Position numbers and translations under genes: made by a program. From IMG/VR virus record IMGVR_UViG_3300010338_000991: 29,228 bases of DNA; one strand, 5' to 3'. The notes below the pieces were generated by a model. It did no database searches. It saw only the letters and a program-made list of their open reading frames with translations, and had not been told where the DNA came from. Within the stretch, counting starts at the first letter, position 1, and every line of letters begins with the position of its first letter. The DNA comes from a virus. Below are positions 1 to 8,881 of the stretch, one piece after another.

Positions 1-127
1 CAGAGATACAATTTAGGATTTCAGACGCTCTTGATCTTTGGATCGATTTAGCCAAATCAACAAACTTTGATGTAAAGGCTGCGGAACAAAAAGTGATACA
101 TTTGCGACCATCAACCGGAGATTATAC
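1..127. repeat. Terminal overlap copy 1: identical to 29102-29228 (circular contig closure or short terminal redundancy)
   Basis: Direct comparison of the two window ends; 127 nt identical, and the reading frame of the tail gene is preserved across the junction. Confidence 0.85.
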
Positions 128-1184
128 CATAGCCAACTTTATTGAAGAATTGGCTGTTGGTTTCCCGGAAGAGATGCGCACAATTCTGCTTTATGACTAT
201 AGTCCATTTCGTGTTAATGATCTCAAAATAAATTTTGCCAAATACAATGATGATTGGCTTCGGTGGACCGGGCTTGCTCTGCCTATTGATGATCCAATTG
301 CTGCAGAATATTGGGATGTCGAAACAACCTATAACACATTGCTTGCTCAATTCCTGTTGTATGCCGCTGGCGGATGGTCGTGGGATACCGGTGATGGAAT
401 TTGGCGCATTACAAGATTTGTGGTATTTATAGACGATCCGAACGGGCTGTGGGATGAATTAGGCTTTTATGGACAAGTTAGATATTGGATGGCAGACATA
501 GACACAAACAATCAATTCCAAATCGTGTCCGAAATAACGGGAAACAGTAAACCGATTGTGTATAAACGCCAGTTGCCGAGAAAACTTATGAAACTAAAGC
601 TATACCCTGAATCAATGGAAAGTGAAGTCTATGCGGCTCATTATCCCATTATTCCACCTACTTCAATCGTAACAGAAAATTTCTCAATCGTTCAAAGAAA
701 TTGGGCTGAGTTTTATTACAGTGGAGATATTCAGCTCAATTCTATAGTGCTTAATGCCGGTTCATATAACTACGCTCGAGTAGTAAAAGCGGCACTAATA
801 GCCAATAGATTAACCATGTATCCAGGATCTTCTGCTATCGTGATTAGACAACACATAACAAGCCTTAATGATGAACATGAAGCCATCCCTCTTACGGATG
901 AAGATATGTCACATCTAATGATTAATGGCTCTTTGGGGCAAATTGATTTGTCAGATATGAATGAAGTCAACGCAGGATATTTAATTCCTGCTCTTGATAA
1001 AGCATACAGCGATTTATTGGGGTCGCTCAGGAAGCAACTACGATTTTCCCTAAAAACGCAAATAGCGAATACTGTCGGATTGCTTGATAAAATATCTATT
1101 GACGGGAAATCTTACTACATAACATCAATTGGACATCCTAACGATAACGGAACAACAGACATAATTGCAATAGGAGAGAGATAG
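1..1184 (+). CDS. Tail protein, 3' part of the junction-spanning gene (distal tail or baseplate-like by position)
   Basis: ORF-track frame 93-1184 is open back to base 3 and in phase with 28801-29228 through the 127-nt overlap; TAG stop at 1182-1184. Confidence 0.5.
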   Translation, partial: EIQFRISDALDLWIDLAKSTNFDVKAAEQKVIHLRPSTGDYTIANFIEELAVGFPEEMRTILLYDYSPFRVNDLKINFAKYNDDWLRWTGLALPIDDPIAAEYWDVETTYNTLLAQFLLYAAGGWSWDTGDGIWRITRFVVFIDDPNGLWDELGFYGQVRYWMADIDTNNQFQIVSEITGNSKPIVYKRQLPRKLMKLKLYPESMESEVYAAHYPIIPPTSIVTENFSIVQRNWAEFYYSGDIQLNSIVLNAGSYNYARVVKAALIANRLTMYPGSSAIVIRQHITSLNDEHEAIPLTDEDMSHLMINGSLGQIDLSDMNEVNAGYLIPALDKAYSDLLGSLRKQLRFSLKTQIANTVGLLDKISIDGKSYYITSIGHPNDNGTTDIIAIGER

Positions 1185-1709
1185 ATGAGAATGATCTGGG
1201 GCTTTGGCGGCGCTAAATTTTCGCAGCCGGATAACGAGCTATATACAAAAACATTCCCGAACGCAATCGGCACAATGTGGGTAGAAGAGGAGTCATCGTC
1301 ATGGATTACACGTAGCCGGAAAAGCGTCAAGGTCGTTCATGGCTATCGCGTATATATGCGCATCCGGTTATTCAATATCGATTTAGGCATGAATAATGCT
1401 AATCAAATTACCGGGCTGTTCAACATTCTATCAAATTGCCACGAAAGCGGGATTATGGTATATCCGCGATATAGCGAAGCGACGGGATCTACCCAAGGAT
1501 ATCTTTGCCATTTAAACGGCAACATCTCTCCGCAGGATATTGCCAATGTTCCGGTCGGGCAATGGATTGATCTCGAGTTTAAGAGCATTAATCTGGTGAA
1601 CCGCATACCAACCGCAAGCGATTATCCGGACTACTATAACTTGATAACCAGCAATGGTGACAACATAACTACAACAAACGGTAAAAACATTACGGTGAGG
1701 AAACACTAA
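1185..1709 (+). CDS. Hypothetical tail or baseplate protein (174 aa)
   Basis: ATG directly abuts the upstream stop; tightly packed in the tail gene block. Confidence 0.4.
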   Translation: MRMIWGFGGAKFSQPDNELYTKTFPNAIGTMWVEEESSSWITRSRKSVKVVHGYRVYMRIRLFNIDLGMNNANQITGLFNILSNCHESGIMVYPRYSEATGSTQGYLCHLNGNISPQDIANVPVGQWIDLEFKSINLVNRIPTASDYPDYYNLITSNGDNITTTNGKNITVRKH

Positions 1710-2473
1710 TGATAGACATAACAATTCAAGATCTTGATCTAATTACATCGCCATCGCTTTTGGCGAATGGTGATATTTTCCACTTTCAAGATGAAAGTGA
1801 TGCATACACCGACAAGGTAGCAGCTCTATCGGCAATAGCAGAATTTATTTTGCGGGAGAAAACCATCCCTTCTGTGGGAAGCGCAATTGTAACCGATACC
1901 GCCACACAAACCTTGACAAACAAAACGCTTACATCGCCTAAGATCAATAGTGCCACTTCGATCACCGCTAATGGCGCGGACATCAACAAACTCTCCGGCA
2001 TGACATCAACCACAGCCGAGCTAAATAAGCTCCATGGCGTGACCGCAAGCACGGCAGAAATCAACCACCTAACTGGCGTCACAAGCAACATTCAAACGCA
2101 AATAAACAATATCGCAAACCAATCTCAAGATGTCACAAGCAGAATATATCATTATTCACCCGGCGTTATTTCTGGAGTAACATCGCAAATCATTAACGAA
2201 GCAACCTTAAGAGCAGAACACGGAATTAACTCAAGTTATAGGGTTGACCCCGATTCAATCACTGTAAGCGTGTATAAGCTTGAAAACGAACGCTGGTATT
2301 TGCTCCCGCCAGCAGTACCTTCCGAAGGATCCGATGGAGTGGTCTTTTTCAACACCACCACAGCAGGAATAGCCAGTCAAACCGTATTAAATAGCATATA
2401 CGTATTGCTCTCAAGCTCAGAGTCTTATCGGATTGTAGTTAACTATAAAGTTTTAGCATTAGCAGGAGTATAA
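1709..2473 (+). CDS. Tail fibre protein with short tandem peptide repeats (Phage_fiber_2-like)
   Basis: Translation shows repeated units TSTTAELNKLHGVTAS / TAEINHLTGVTSN, resembling the phage tail-fibre repeat; start overlaps upstream stop (TAATG). Confidence 0.55.
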   Translation: MIDITIQDLDLITSPSLLANGDIFHFQDESDAYTDKVAALSAIAEFILREKTIPSVGSAIVTDTATQTLTNKTLTSPKINSATSITANGADINKLSGMTSTTAELNKLHGVTASTAEINHLTGVTSNIQTQINNIANQSQDVTSRIYHYSPGVISGVTSQIINEATLRAEHGINSSYRVDPDSITVSVYKLENERWYLLPPAVPSEGSDGVVFFNTTTAGIASQTVLNSIYVLLSSSESYRIVVNYKVLALAGV

Positions 2474-2474
2474 C

Positions 2475-2795
2475 ATGAAACATTTACAGCTCGACCCTAA
2501 TGGAAATCCTATGCCGGTATTTTTCCCCGGCACAAAAACCGCAAACGCAACAATCAAAGTGGATGGCACAGGTGCAAGCGCCGCAACCACAAGTGCAATT
2601 CACGCAACCGAAAACACGGTCGTTCGGCTTCTCGCAGATGCCGATTGCCATATCGCCATTGATACGGCTCCCACTGCCACAGTGGGCGACATCCCGTTGA
2701 CTGCAGGATTGCCAGAGTATTTCGTAATCAGTGCCGGAGCTAAAATCGCGGTTCTTGGCGCAAACCTTTATATTACAGCACACACAGGAGCATAA
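2475..2795 (+). CDS. Hypothetical protein (106 aa), tail region
   Basis: ORF with ATG 2 nt after the upstream stop; Ala/Thr-rich. Confidence 0.4.
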   Translation: MKHLQLDPNGNPMPVFFPGTKTANATIKVDGTGASAATTSAIHATENTVVRLLADADCHIAIDTAPTATVGDIPLTAGLPEYFVISAGAKIAVLGANLYITAHTGA

Positions 2796-2797
2796 CC

Positions 2798-3211
2798 ATG
2801 TTTGACGCAATACTTTCCAACATCGACAAAATGCAGGCTATAATTGTAGCCTTATCTGCGCTTATCGGCGCAATCGTGACATTGGTGATCACGAGTATCC
2901 GTGAATACAAGCGCATACGCAAGGAACTCGCAGCAGAAGAGTTCAAAGAAATTGCTGCACCATTCTGCAAGATAGCCGAGACTGAACCCATGAAGGTGCT
3001 GGCAAATTTGATTAAGCCTCCCGTTGACGATTCGCCAATGATAGCCAACAGCAATGAAGGCAAGGCGCTAATCGTTGGTCAAGCAGCTATCGAGAAAGCG
3101 CAGATAAAGAAGCCGAGCATACTTAAGAAGCTTGGCATCAATAGCGCCGCCGATGCCGTTCCGCTGGTATCGAGCTTGTATAAGCTCATCAAGCCGCTGG
3201 TGAAGAAATGA
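2798..3211 (+). CDS. Membrane-anchored hypothetical protein (137 aa)
   Basis: N-terminal hydrophobic helix (AIIVALSALIGAIVTLVITSI) then a Lys-rich soluble part; stop overlaps the next start (ATGA). Confidence 0.4.
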   Translation: MFDAILSNIDKMQAIIVALSALIGAIVTLVITSIREYKRIRKELAAEEFKEIAAPFCKIAETEPMKVLANLIKPPVDDSPMIANSNEGKALIVGQAAIEKAQIKKPSILKKLGINSAADAVPLVSSLYKLIKPLVKK

Positions 3212-4110
3212 GCTTAGGTCTCGGCTTAGGTCTCGGTCTCGGCTTGTCTCGTGCGCGTGGCGGGGGAGAAACATACACAGATATTGAACTCCCACTAATC
3301 GCAAACATCATTCGTGCATGGTCAACCCGCAGATTGATACCGGATTACAAAGATGGTGTCGCAATTATGGCTGACCGCACAGATCCGATTGGCGACATAC
3401 CTGATGATGGATTCCCGGTAAATTTCAGACCGGATGGAACGATATTGATTCCCGCCGGAGACGATGCTCGTGCTTATGAGCTTCACGAACAACATGGAAT
3501 AGCTGAATCGAAGCTCATCAACCCAGTGTTCGCTAATTGTCCGCAGGTGCTGGCGTCTAATGCCATGAAGAAGGGCTTGGATTGGTCATACAAAGAGACA
3601 GGTTCAGGCAATAATCTATATATGAATCCAGAAGATCCGGAGATTGAGGAGGTGTTTCTTGGCTCGTTTTCGCTAATTGTGTGGGCTTTTCTTGACCGCA
3701 ATAACCAGTCCGTGTTTTACCGAAGAAAGGAAGGAGGAAGTGGAAGATGGAGCATAAGAAGCAACTATGCCGCAGTGAATAGCTTAATATGCCATCTTTC
3801 AGGTGAATCAGACATCATTTTTACTCCAGACGCCGGAAACACATATAGAAACAAATGGGCATCATTTGGATTTGTCATCAATAGAGTTCCAGAAACTGCT
3901 GTTTACACTGTATATTTGAACGGCATCAGTATCGGCACAGGCAATCTTCCCACACCAGCGGCGGTAGGAAGCAACACTTTGCGAATTGGCTCTGGATATT
4001 CAGTCACAAATGCAATAGCCGTCAATGATTTGGCGATATGGGATACAGCCTTATCTGATGAACAGATGAAAGCTGCACACGATGCTATGGCTCCATATTA
4101 TGCAACATAG
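3208..4110 (+). CDS. LamG (concanavalin A-like lectin) domain tail fibre / receptor-binding candidate with N-terminal (LG)n repeat
   Basis: C-terminal motif NAIAVNDLAIWDTALSDEQMKAAHD matches the typical end of Laminin_G_3 domains; N-terminus MSLGLGLGLGLGL. Confidence 0.55.
   Translation: MSLGLGLGLGLGLSRARGGGETYTDIELPLIANIIRAWSTRRLIPDYKDGVAIMADRTDPIGDIPDDGFPVNFRPDGTILIPAGDDARAYELHEQHGIAESKLINPVFANCPQVLASNAMKKGLDWSYKETGSGNNLYMNPEDPEIEEVFLGSFSLIVWAFLDRNNQSVFYRRKEGGSGRWSIRSNYAAVNSLICHLSGESDIIFTPDAGNTYRNKWASFGFVINRVPETAVYTVYLNGISIGTGNLPTPAAVGSNTLRIGSGYSVTNAIAVNDLAIWDTALSDEQMKAAHDAMAPYYAT
3211..3246 (+). repeat. Coding tandem repeat (12-bp unit cttaggtctcgg x2 plus partial) encoding the (Leu-Gly)n tract
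   Basis: Sequence agcttaggtctcggcttaggtctcggtctcggcttg read directly. Confidence 0.6.
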
Positions 4111-4125
4111 GGAAAGGGGTAAATT

Positions 4126-4344
4126 ATGGATTACTTAATATTCGACACCGAGCAGGAAGCAATGGCATATAGCCATGCTGAAGCTGTAAGACATGGACAT
4201 GGTAAACTGAACTCCACTATACAGTATTGGTGGGCATGGCGAGAGACAGTAGATGGGAAATGGGCTGTGCAGTGTCCAGATGGCACGGAAGAAGAACCGA
4301 TTTGGAAACCACTGGAGGTGGAAGATGAAGATGAAATTGACTAA
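4126..4344 (+). CDS. Hypothetical small acidic protein (72 aa)
   Basis: ORF with acidic C-terminus (EVEDEDEID); no recognisable motif. Confidence 0.35.
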   Translation: MDYLIFDTEQEAMAYSHAEAVRHGHGKLNSTIQYWWAWRETVDGKWAVQCPDGTEEEPIWKPLEVEDEDEID

Positions 4345-4627
4345 TACATGGAAACACTTAGGCGTCATGCTATTGCTTGGTCTCGCAGCTTGGGCTTTCG
4401 CTTACTTCGGCAAGGCGCATGGCTTTGGCTGGTTCCCGAATGTGGCAGCGTTTATGGTCACCGTTTATGTTGAGTATCGTCAATGGTCTTTGAGCGGTAA
4501 GCCGTTCTGGACTCTGGTGCGTGAGCGGGGATTCGATACACTCATTGACATCGCTGCGGGAAACCTCGGCTTCTGGCTCGGATACAATCTGCTACTCAAA
4601 CTAACGGCTGGCGGATGGATAGTATAA
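4325..4627 (+). CDS. Holin-like small membrane protein (about 100 aa; ATG at 4325 or 4331)
   Basis: GGAGG shortly upstream of ATG 4325; two to three hydrophobic helices; immediately upstream of and overlapping the endolysin start. Confidence 0.45.
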   Translation: MKMKLTNTWKHLGVMLLLGLAAWAFAYFGKAHGFGWFPNVAAFMVTVYVEYRQWSLSGKPFWTLVRERGFDTLIDIAAGNLGFWLGYNLLLKLTAGGWIV

Positions 4628-4995
4628 TGGCACGGCTATCAAAGAACTTCACCACAGACGAGTTCGCTTGCAAGTGTGGCTGCGGATACGATACGCCTAA
4701 TCCAGAGCTTATCAGAATGCTTCAGGATGCACGTGACCTATATGGCAAGCCAATACGCATCACAAGCGGATGCAGATGCATAAAGCACAATCGCAATGTG
4801 GGCGGAACAGCGAACTCTGCGCACATCTCAGGGATGGCTGTTGACATCGCCACCCCCACCGGTGAATCTCGCTATCTGATAATCGAGTCACTCATGGCAG
4901 CTGGATTCAAGCGCATAGGGATAAACTTCAAACAACGATTCGTTCACGCAGACATAGACGATTCAAAGCCACACCCCACGATCTTTAGCTACTAA
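4615..4995 (+). CDS. Endolysin, peptidase M15 family (alternative ATG at 4627)
   Basis: Motifs FACKCGCGYD, ITSGCRCIKHN, GGTANSAHISGMAVD, FVHADID typical of Peptidase_M15_3 zinc peptidases; small single-domain enzyme. Confidence 0.8.
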   Translation: MDSIMARLSKNFTTDEFACKCGCGYDTPNPELIRMLQDARDLYGKPIRITSGCRCIKHNRNVGGTANSAHISGMAVDIATPTGESRYLIIESLMAAGFKRIGINFKQRFVHADIDDSKPHPTIFSY

Positions 4996-5021
4996 AACAG
5001 CCATTTATTAAGGAGTTTAAC

Positions 5022-5357
5022 ATGATTACCAATCTCAAAAAACACGCCCTCGTAGGCTTTGCCGTCGGGTTTATTTCAGCCATCCTGGTGAATTTCCTTC
5101 CCTGGATGGACAAGGTTCCAGGGCGTCCGGCCAACCCGCAGGTAAACAAGACCTGGATTATTGGGACAGTAGCCTGGATTGGCATTATCCTGGCGTGGGA
5201 ACTGCTGCAGCTCCTAACCAGTAAAAAGAAGAACCAGTACATCAGCAACAAGTGGTTGGACAGCCTGGCTGACATCGTGGTGGGCTGGGTGGCGTTCATG
5301 CTTCCCTGGTCAGTATTGGTGTTGGGCAGTTATGGCGGAAACCTCTTGAGACCGTAA
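5022..5357 (+). CDS. Membrane protein (111 aa, about three TM helices), lysis-associated or moron
   Basis: Hydrophobic segments in translation; lies in a visibly GC-richer patch just after the endolysin. Confidence 0.45.
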   Translation: MITNLKKHALVGFAVGFISAILVNFLPWMDKVPGRPANPQVNKTWIIGTVAWIGIILAWELLQLLTSKKKNQYISNKWLDSLADIVVGWVAFMLPWSVLVLGSYGGNLLRP

Positions 5358-5360
5358 CAG

Positions 5361-5552
5361 ATGTCAAAATTCACGCAGCGCCAACACAAGGCCCTGGCTG
5401 CTATTTCAGCCAGAACAGCGCACCTGCGCCCGTTCGCCGATTGCAGCCCGCAGGTGCGCGCCGAGCGTATTGAGCGCGCTACAGGTGACGGGTGGGGGGC
5501 GTTCTCATATTTTTGTGAAACGTATTTCCCACATATATTTAGCTTACCTTAA
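5361..5552 (+). CDS. Hypothetical protein (63 aa), GC-rich
   Basis: ORF only; weak ribosome-binding site; GC content clearly above the rest of the genome. Confidence 0.25.
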   Translation: MSKFTQRQHKALAAISARTAHLRPFADCSPQVRAERIERATGDGWGAFSYFCETYFPHIFSLP

Positions 5553-5562
5553 GGAAGAAACG

Positions 5563-5940
5563 ATGGACATTAACAGTATCGACACATTGAGGATGGATGG
5601 CATAGACTATGCTGTGTCCATAATCGAGCCAAACGAACTTGGGGCCGCTATCGATGGCGAAATAAACTATGGACAGCAAAAGATTATCATAAAAAACATG
5701 AAACCGTCTGCGTGGCTGCAAACGATATGGCACGAGATAATCCACCACATCGACACATATCGCCTGCGCAATACGTTATCTGAAAGCGATATTGACACCA
5801 TAGCTACCTCAATCAATGCGATCCTGCTTGATAATCCTGATCTCACTATGGAAATTTGGCAAGTGGCAGAATCAGGCAATTTCACAATAGAGGATGATAC
5901 GGATACTTCGAGCAGAAACCCGGTAAGCCTTCGGATATAG
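5563..5940 (+). CDS. Small HExxH-motif protein, putative zinc metallopeptidase-like (125 aa)
   Basis: AAGGAAG 6 nt upstream of ATG 5563; motif WHEIIHHID in the translation. Confidence 0.4.
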   Translation: MDINSIDTLRMDGIDYAVSIIEPNELGAAIDGEINYGQQKIIIKNMKPSAWLQTIWHEIIHHIDTYRLRNTLSESDIDTIATSINAILLDNPDLTMEIWQVAESGNFTIEDDTDTSSRNPVSLRI

Positions 5941-6030
5941 GGATGCTGAAATACACAATCAAAACCAAAATACGAGACAAATCAACCGCTATAACTTCGC
6001 TGGAAAAAATATACATCTAAGGACTGACAA

Positions 6031-6249
6031 ATGGGAATCACAATTGGGAACGTAATCACATTGGGACTCGCAGTGGTTTCATTCATTTTCGGATACGCTA
6101 CGCTCCATCAGAGAGTAAAGCAATTGGAAACGCAAATCGCCGAAATTGACACGCTTCGGAAAGACATCCGCAACATTAGCGACACACTACAAAACCTGAT
6201 GGGGAAATTGGATATTTTCATCAAAATTCAATGTGAAAAAAAAGAATAA
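6031..6249 (+). CDS. Small membrane-anchored coiled-coil protein (72 aa), last gene of the plus-strand unit
   Basis: N-terminal TM helix followed by a heptad-like segment; function not determinable. Confidence 0.4.
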   Translation: MGITIGNVITLGLAVVSFIFGYATLHQRVKQLETQIAEIDTLRKDIRNISDTLQNLMGKLDIFIKIQCEKKE

Positions 6250-6268
6250 TGCCCATCATCTACTCCTG

Positions 6269-6295
6269 ACCGCTCTGCAATACGGGCGGTTTTTT
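6269..6295 (+). terminator. Putative intrinsic terminator for the plus-strand unit
   Basis: accgctc..gggcggt stem (about 7 bp with one G-U pair) followed by TTTTT, 20 nt after the stop at 6249. Confidence 0.4.
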
Positions 6296-6310
6296 GTAGG
6301 CAAAGAAAAA

Positions 6311-6341
6311 CCCCCACCCGTTAGAGTGAGCCGGGCGGGGG
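6311..6341 (-). terminator. Putative intrinsic terminator for the minus-strand unit
   Basis: cccccacccg / cgggcggggg stem (10 bp, one mismatch); on the minus strand it is followed by TTTTTCTTT. Confidence 0.45.
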
Positions 6342-6468
6342 AGACCGAGTATCTAAACTGTGAGCAACTTATTTTAACGCGCGCTTCCTGTCAAGAGATT
6401 TGTTTTGCGCAATAAAAAAAGCCCCAGCGAAATAAACAACCGAGGCTTTGGAGATACCGAACCAGCTT

Positions 6469-6897
6469 TCATGATCGAATGTTATTTGTCCACTCTTTTC
6501 TTTCCCACACTCGCATAATGATTGCGTCATTGCATCCGTATCGCTTCCACGCATGAATGCACACAATTTGGCTGTCATCGTTCCAAATCACGCCGTTAAG
6601 CGCATCGAATACACCCTTACATAGATTATCTATGTCTGGTCGCGATGGCTTATATACGCTTCTTTCTCGCAGTTCTGCGATGCGCTTCTTCCCCCACGAT
6701 TTTGGATGTTTCCAAACGAACTCGACAGACACATACAGATCACCGGATAGCGATCGCATGTCTTGAGTGGTTTGCGCCAATGCCATTGCCGTTATCGCTT
6801 TTTGGTAATCGGTTACGGCTTTGCTCTGGTAGCTGTGCTTACCCATGCGAAAGCTTTGCTTTGCTTTCGGCGTGATGTCGAAATATAGGCTGATCAT
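6469..6897 (-). CDS. rusA: RusA-family Holliday junction resolvase (ORF track extends to 6909)
   Basis: Motifs KPSRPDIDNLCKGVFDALNGVIWNDDSQIV typical of RusA; GGAG 8 nt upstream of the ATG at 6897. Confidence 0.8.
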   Translation of the reverse strand: MISLYFDITPKAKQSFRMGKHSYQSKAVTDYQKAITAMALAQTTQDMRSLSGDLYVSVEFVWKHPKSWGKKRIAELRERSVYKPSRPDIDNLCKGVFDALNGVIWNDDSQIVCIHAWKRYGCNDAIIMRVWERKEWTNNIRS

Positions 6898-7060
6898 TTT
6901 CCGCTCCATAGAAAGATCAGGAAAAATATGATGCCTATGCCGGCAGCGATGTTCAGGTGTGGAATGTTCACCCGAAAAACATACGCAATCACCAGCGGAG
7001 CCTCTGCAAGTGTCGCTATCAGCAGACTTATATCTGCTATTTTATGTTTCAATTTCTTAC

Positions 7061-7288
7061 TCATGATTTTCTCCTTTGCATTGCCATGTCTTTATCCGCC
7101 AAAAGCGCGTCCGTAATCTCCTGGAAGTGCTTACCAATCCCATTGCGCTCGTATCCATTCGTTCCAGCTAGCCATGCGTAGAATTGCCGATCACTGATGT
7201 TATGTATCCGGCAAAATCCGGTGATCGAATATCCGCGATCCCGTATCGCCTTCTTTATTTCCATTCCTTGATCTTTTGTTATTCTCAT
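7061..7288 (-). CDS. Small putative HTH DNA-binding protein (75 aa)
   Basis: Start ATG overlaps the upstream stop (TAATG) with GAGG upstream; helix-turn-helix-like segment YSITGFCRIHNISDRQFYAWL. Confidence 0.4.
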   Translation of the reverse strand: MRITKDQGMEIKKAIRDRGYSITGFCRIHNISDRQFYAWLAGTNGYERNGIGKHFQEITDALLADKDMAMQRRKS

Positions 7289-7566
7289 TATCTTGCCTCG
7301 CAATTTTCGCACACGTAATAATTGCCATGATCAGCCACCTGCTTCCATGTATATAGTCTGCCGCATTTGCCACAGCGAGCTATGCTATGCGCTTTGATTT
7401 TTTCGTATTCCTTGCCTAAGTTTTTTAGCGATCTGCGCAAGGCAATTTCTGTCTCTGCGTGTTTCAAACTCGCTCTTATCCTGTGCTTATCAATTAGCTT
7501 TGCTCGGCGGGCAAAATAACCCGCCAGAGCAATTGCGATAATGGTTATGCATATCATTATGATCAT
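7288..7566 (-). CDS. Membrane-anchored zinc-ribbon protein (about 92 aa; ORF track extends to 7608)
   Basis: AAGGAG 8 nt upstream of ATG 7566, which overlaps the RecT stop (ATGA); N-terminal TM helix; C-terminal CGKCG..CENC. Confidence 0.4.
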   Translation of the reverse strand: MIIMICITIIAIALAGYFARRAKLIDKHRIRASLKHAETEIALRRSLKNLGKEYEKIKAHSIARCGKCGRLYTWKQVADHGNYYVCENCEAR

Positions 7567-8534
7567 TTTGAATCTCCTTCTAAACTTGTTTTGTTTTCGT
7601 TCAGCCATGTTTCTACTTCGTCAAGTGCGGCATGGCGTGTCGCGCTCTGGATTTTCGGCAACCACTCTTCTAATTCTTCTCCGGTAGCAAGTTTCGTCAT
7701 TCTTTCAATTAGCTCGACTTGCCGCTCTTTTATTGTTGGTTTTGCGTTCGCACCGCGCAATATCGCGGCGAGATGGTTATGGTATTCATATAGATCATGG
7801 AAGTTCGTGCATTCGGCAATCATGCTACACCCTAAATGTTTTTGGATGCTCGAATGCCTGCGAACCTCATTATCAAAGCCGTCAATTTTGTTATCCACAA
7901 GGTTTCGCATGACGCCCTGTGTCGCTTTCATGAGCAGATCAAACTCTGATTCGCCTGCCGGGGCAGGATCCGGAACCGACTCGAACTCCGCGTCAATCGC
8001 ATCGTGATGCGCGCTTGCTTCCGGCACTTCTTGCGCATCGTTACCAGAAGTAACAAGATCAACAGCCTCTTCATGAGACAGCATGCCAAACACGATATCC
8101 GGGAACAGATCATTGACCGCGTAGCTAATCGCTCGCGCCTTCAGCATGCGTTGCGGGTATTTGCGCCAATTGTCCTTTTTAGCAAGCTCGGCACGGATCG
8201 CGTCTTGCATTGTAAATGTGATCTCTACGGACTCAACTTGGCCATCCCTGCGCTTGCGGCTCATTTTCACGATGCATCGTTCTGCAGTGGCATCAATCTC
8301 ACAGCCATTGTATTCAGGGTGGTTCTTGGCCAGTGCCAACTTGAGATCGGCCTTTAAACTCGGCATGCCGTTGACATTGTAGATATTCATCAGTGCTGTC
8401 GCTGCGTTTAATCCGAGTGCCTGGCCAGCACTCAGAACGAATAGCACGTCAGCAGGGTTCCTGTGAGCATGGAGCCGGCTTTGCGCCAGCTCCTTCGAAA
8501 TCGATTGCAAGGCTACAAGATCGTTCATCATCAT
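7563..8534 (-). CDS. recT: RecT/Bet-like single-strand annealing protein
   Basis: Segment NWRKYPQRMLKARAISYAVNDLFPDIVFGMLSHEEA resembles the conserved core of lambda Bet and E. coli RecT; AAGGAG upstream of ATG 8534; acidic C-terminal extension. Confidence 0.65.
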   Translation of the reverse strand: MMMNDLVALQSISKELAQSRLHAHRNPADVLFVLSAGQALGLNAATALMNIYNVNGMPSLKADLKLALAKNHPEYNGCEIDATAERCIVKMSRKRRDGQVESVEITFTMQDAIRAELAKKDNWRKYPQRMLKARAISYAVNDLFPDIVFGMLSHEEAVDLVTSGNDAQEVPEASAHHDAIDAEFESVPDPAPAGESEFDLLMKATQGVMRNLVDNKIDGFDNEVRRHSSIQKHLGCSMIAECTNFHDLYEYHNHLAAILRGANAKPTIKERQVELIERMTKLATGEELEEWLPKIQSATRHAALDEVETWLNENKTSLEGDSK

Positions 8535-8548
8535 CTTAATTCTCCTTT

Positions 8549-8881
8549 TTATTTAGTTAATATTTGTTTTACCATTTGAACCATGTCTATCGGCGTAGAA
8601 AGCGCATCCTTCACGCGATCTACCATCTCATCATATGCGGCGGCTCTTGCGGCGCACTCAGGGCAAAGATCGTCTTCGTCAAGTTCGCCTTCAACAAACT
8701 CTTTCTCGCAATCATCGCAGAAATACGCCTCATAAACATCAGCCGATCCGCATACTGGGCATATGTTTATGTATTCATCTTTCTCCCAGTTTTCCGAGCC
8801 ATTGCCGATGCGTCCAGCACGATACAACACTGTATCCGGATCGTAAAACTGTGATTCGCAGTCACTGCATTTCCATGTCAT
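8549..8881 (-). CDS. Cys-rich zinc-ribbon protein (110 aa)
   Basis: CSDC..CPVC and CDDC..CPEC pairs; GGAGG upstream of the ATG. Confidence 0.45.
   Translation of the reverse strand: MTWKCSDCESQFYDPDTVLYRAGRIGNGSENWEKDEYINICPVCGSADVYEAYFCDDCEKEFVEGELDEDDLCPECAARAAAYDEMVDRVKDALSTPIDMVQMVKQILTK

Noticed and set aside
6413-6448. Second terminator directly after the RusA stop
   Set aside because: Only a 4-5 bp stem with a roughly 20-nt loop before the T-run on the minus strand; too weak to call, and the stronger hairpin at 6311-6341 is preferred
7591-8382. Plus-strand ORFs (7591-8007, 8004-8357, 8146-8382) inside the RecT region
   Set aside because: Antisense to a gene with strong motif support; low-complexity Ser/Arg-rich translations
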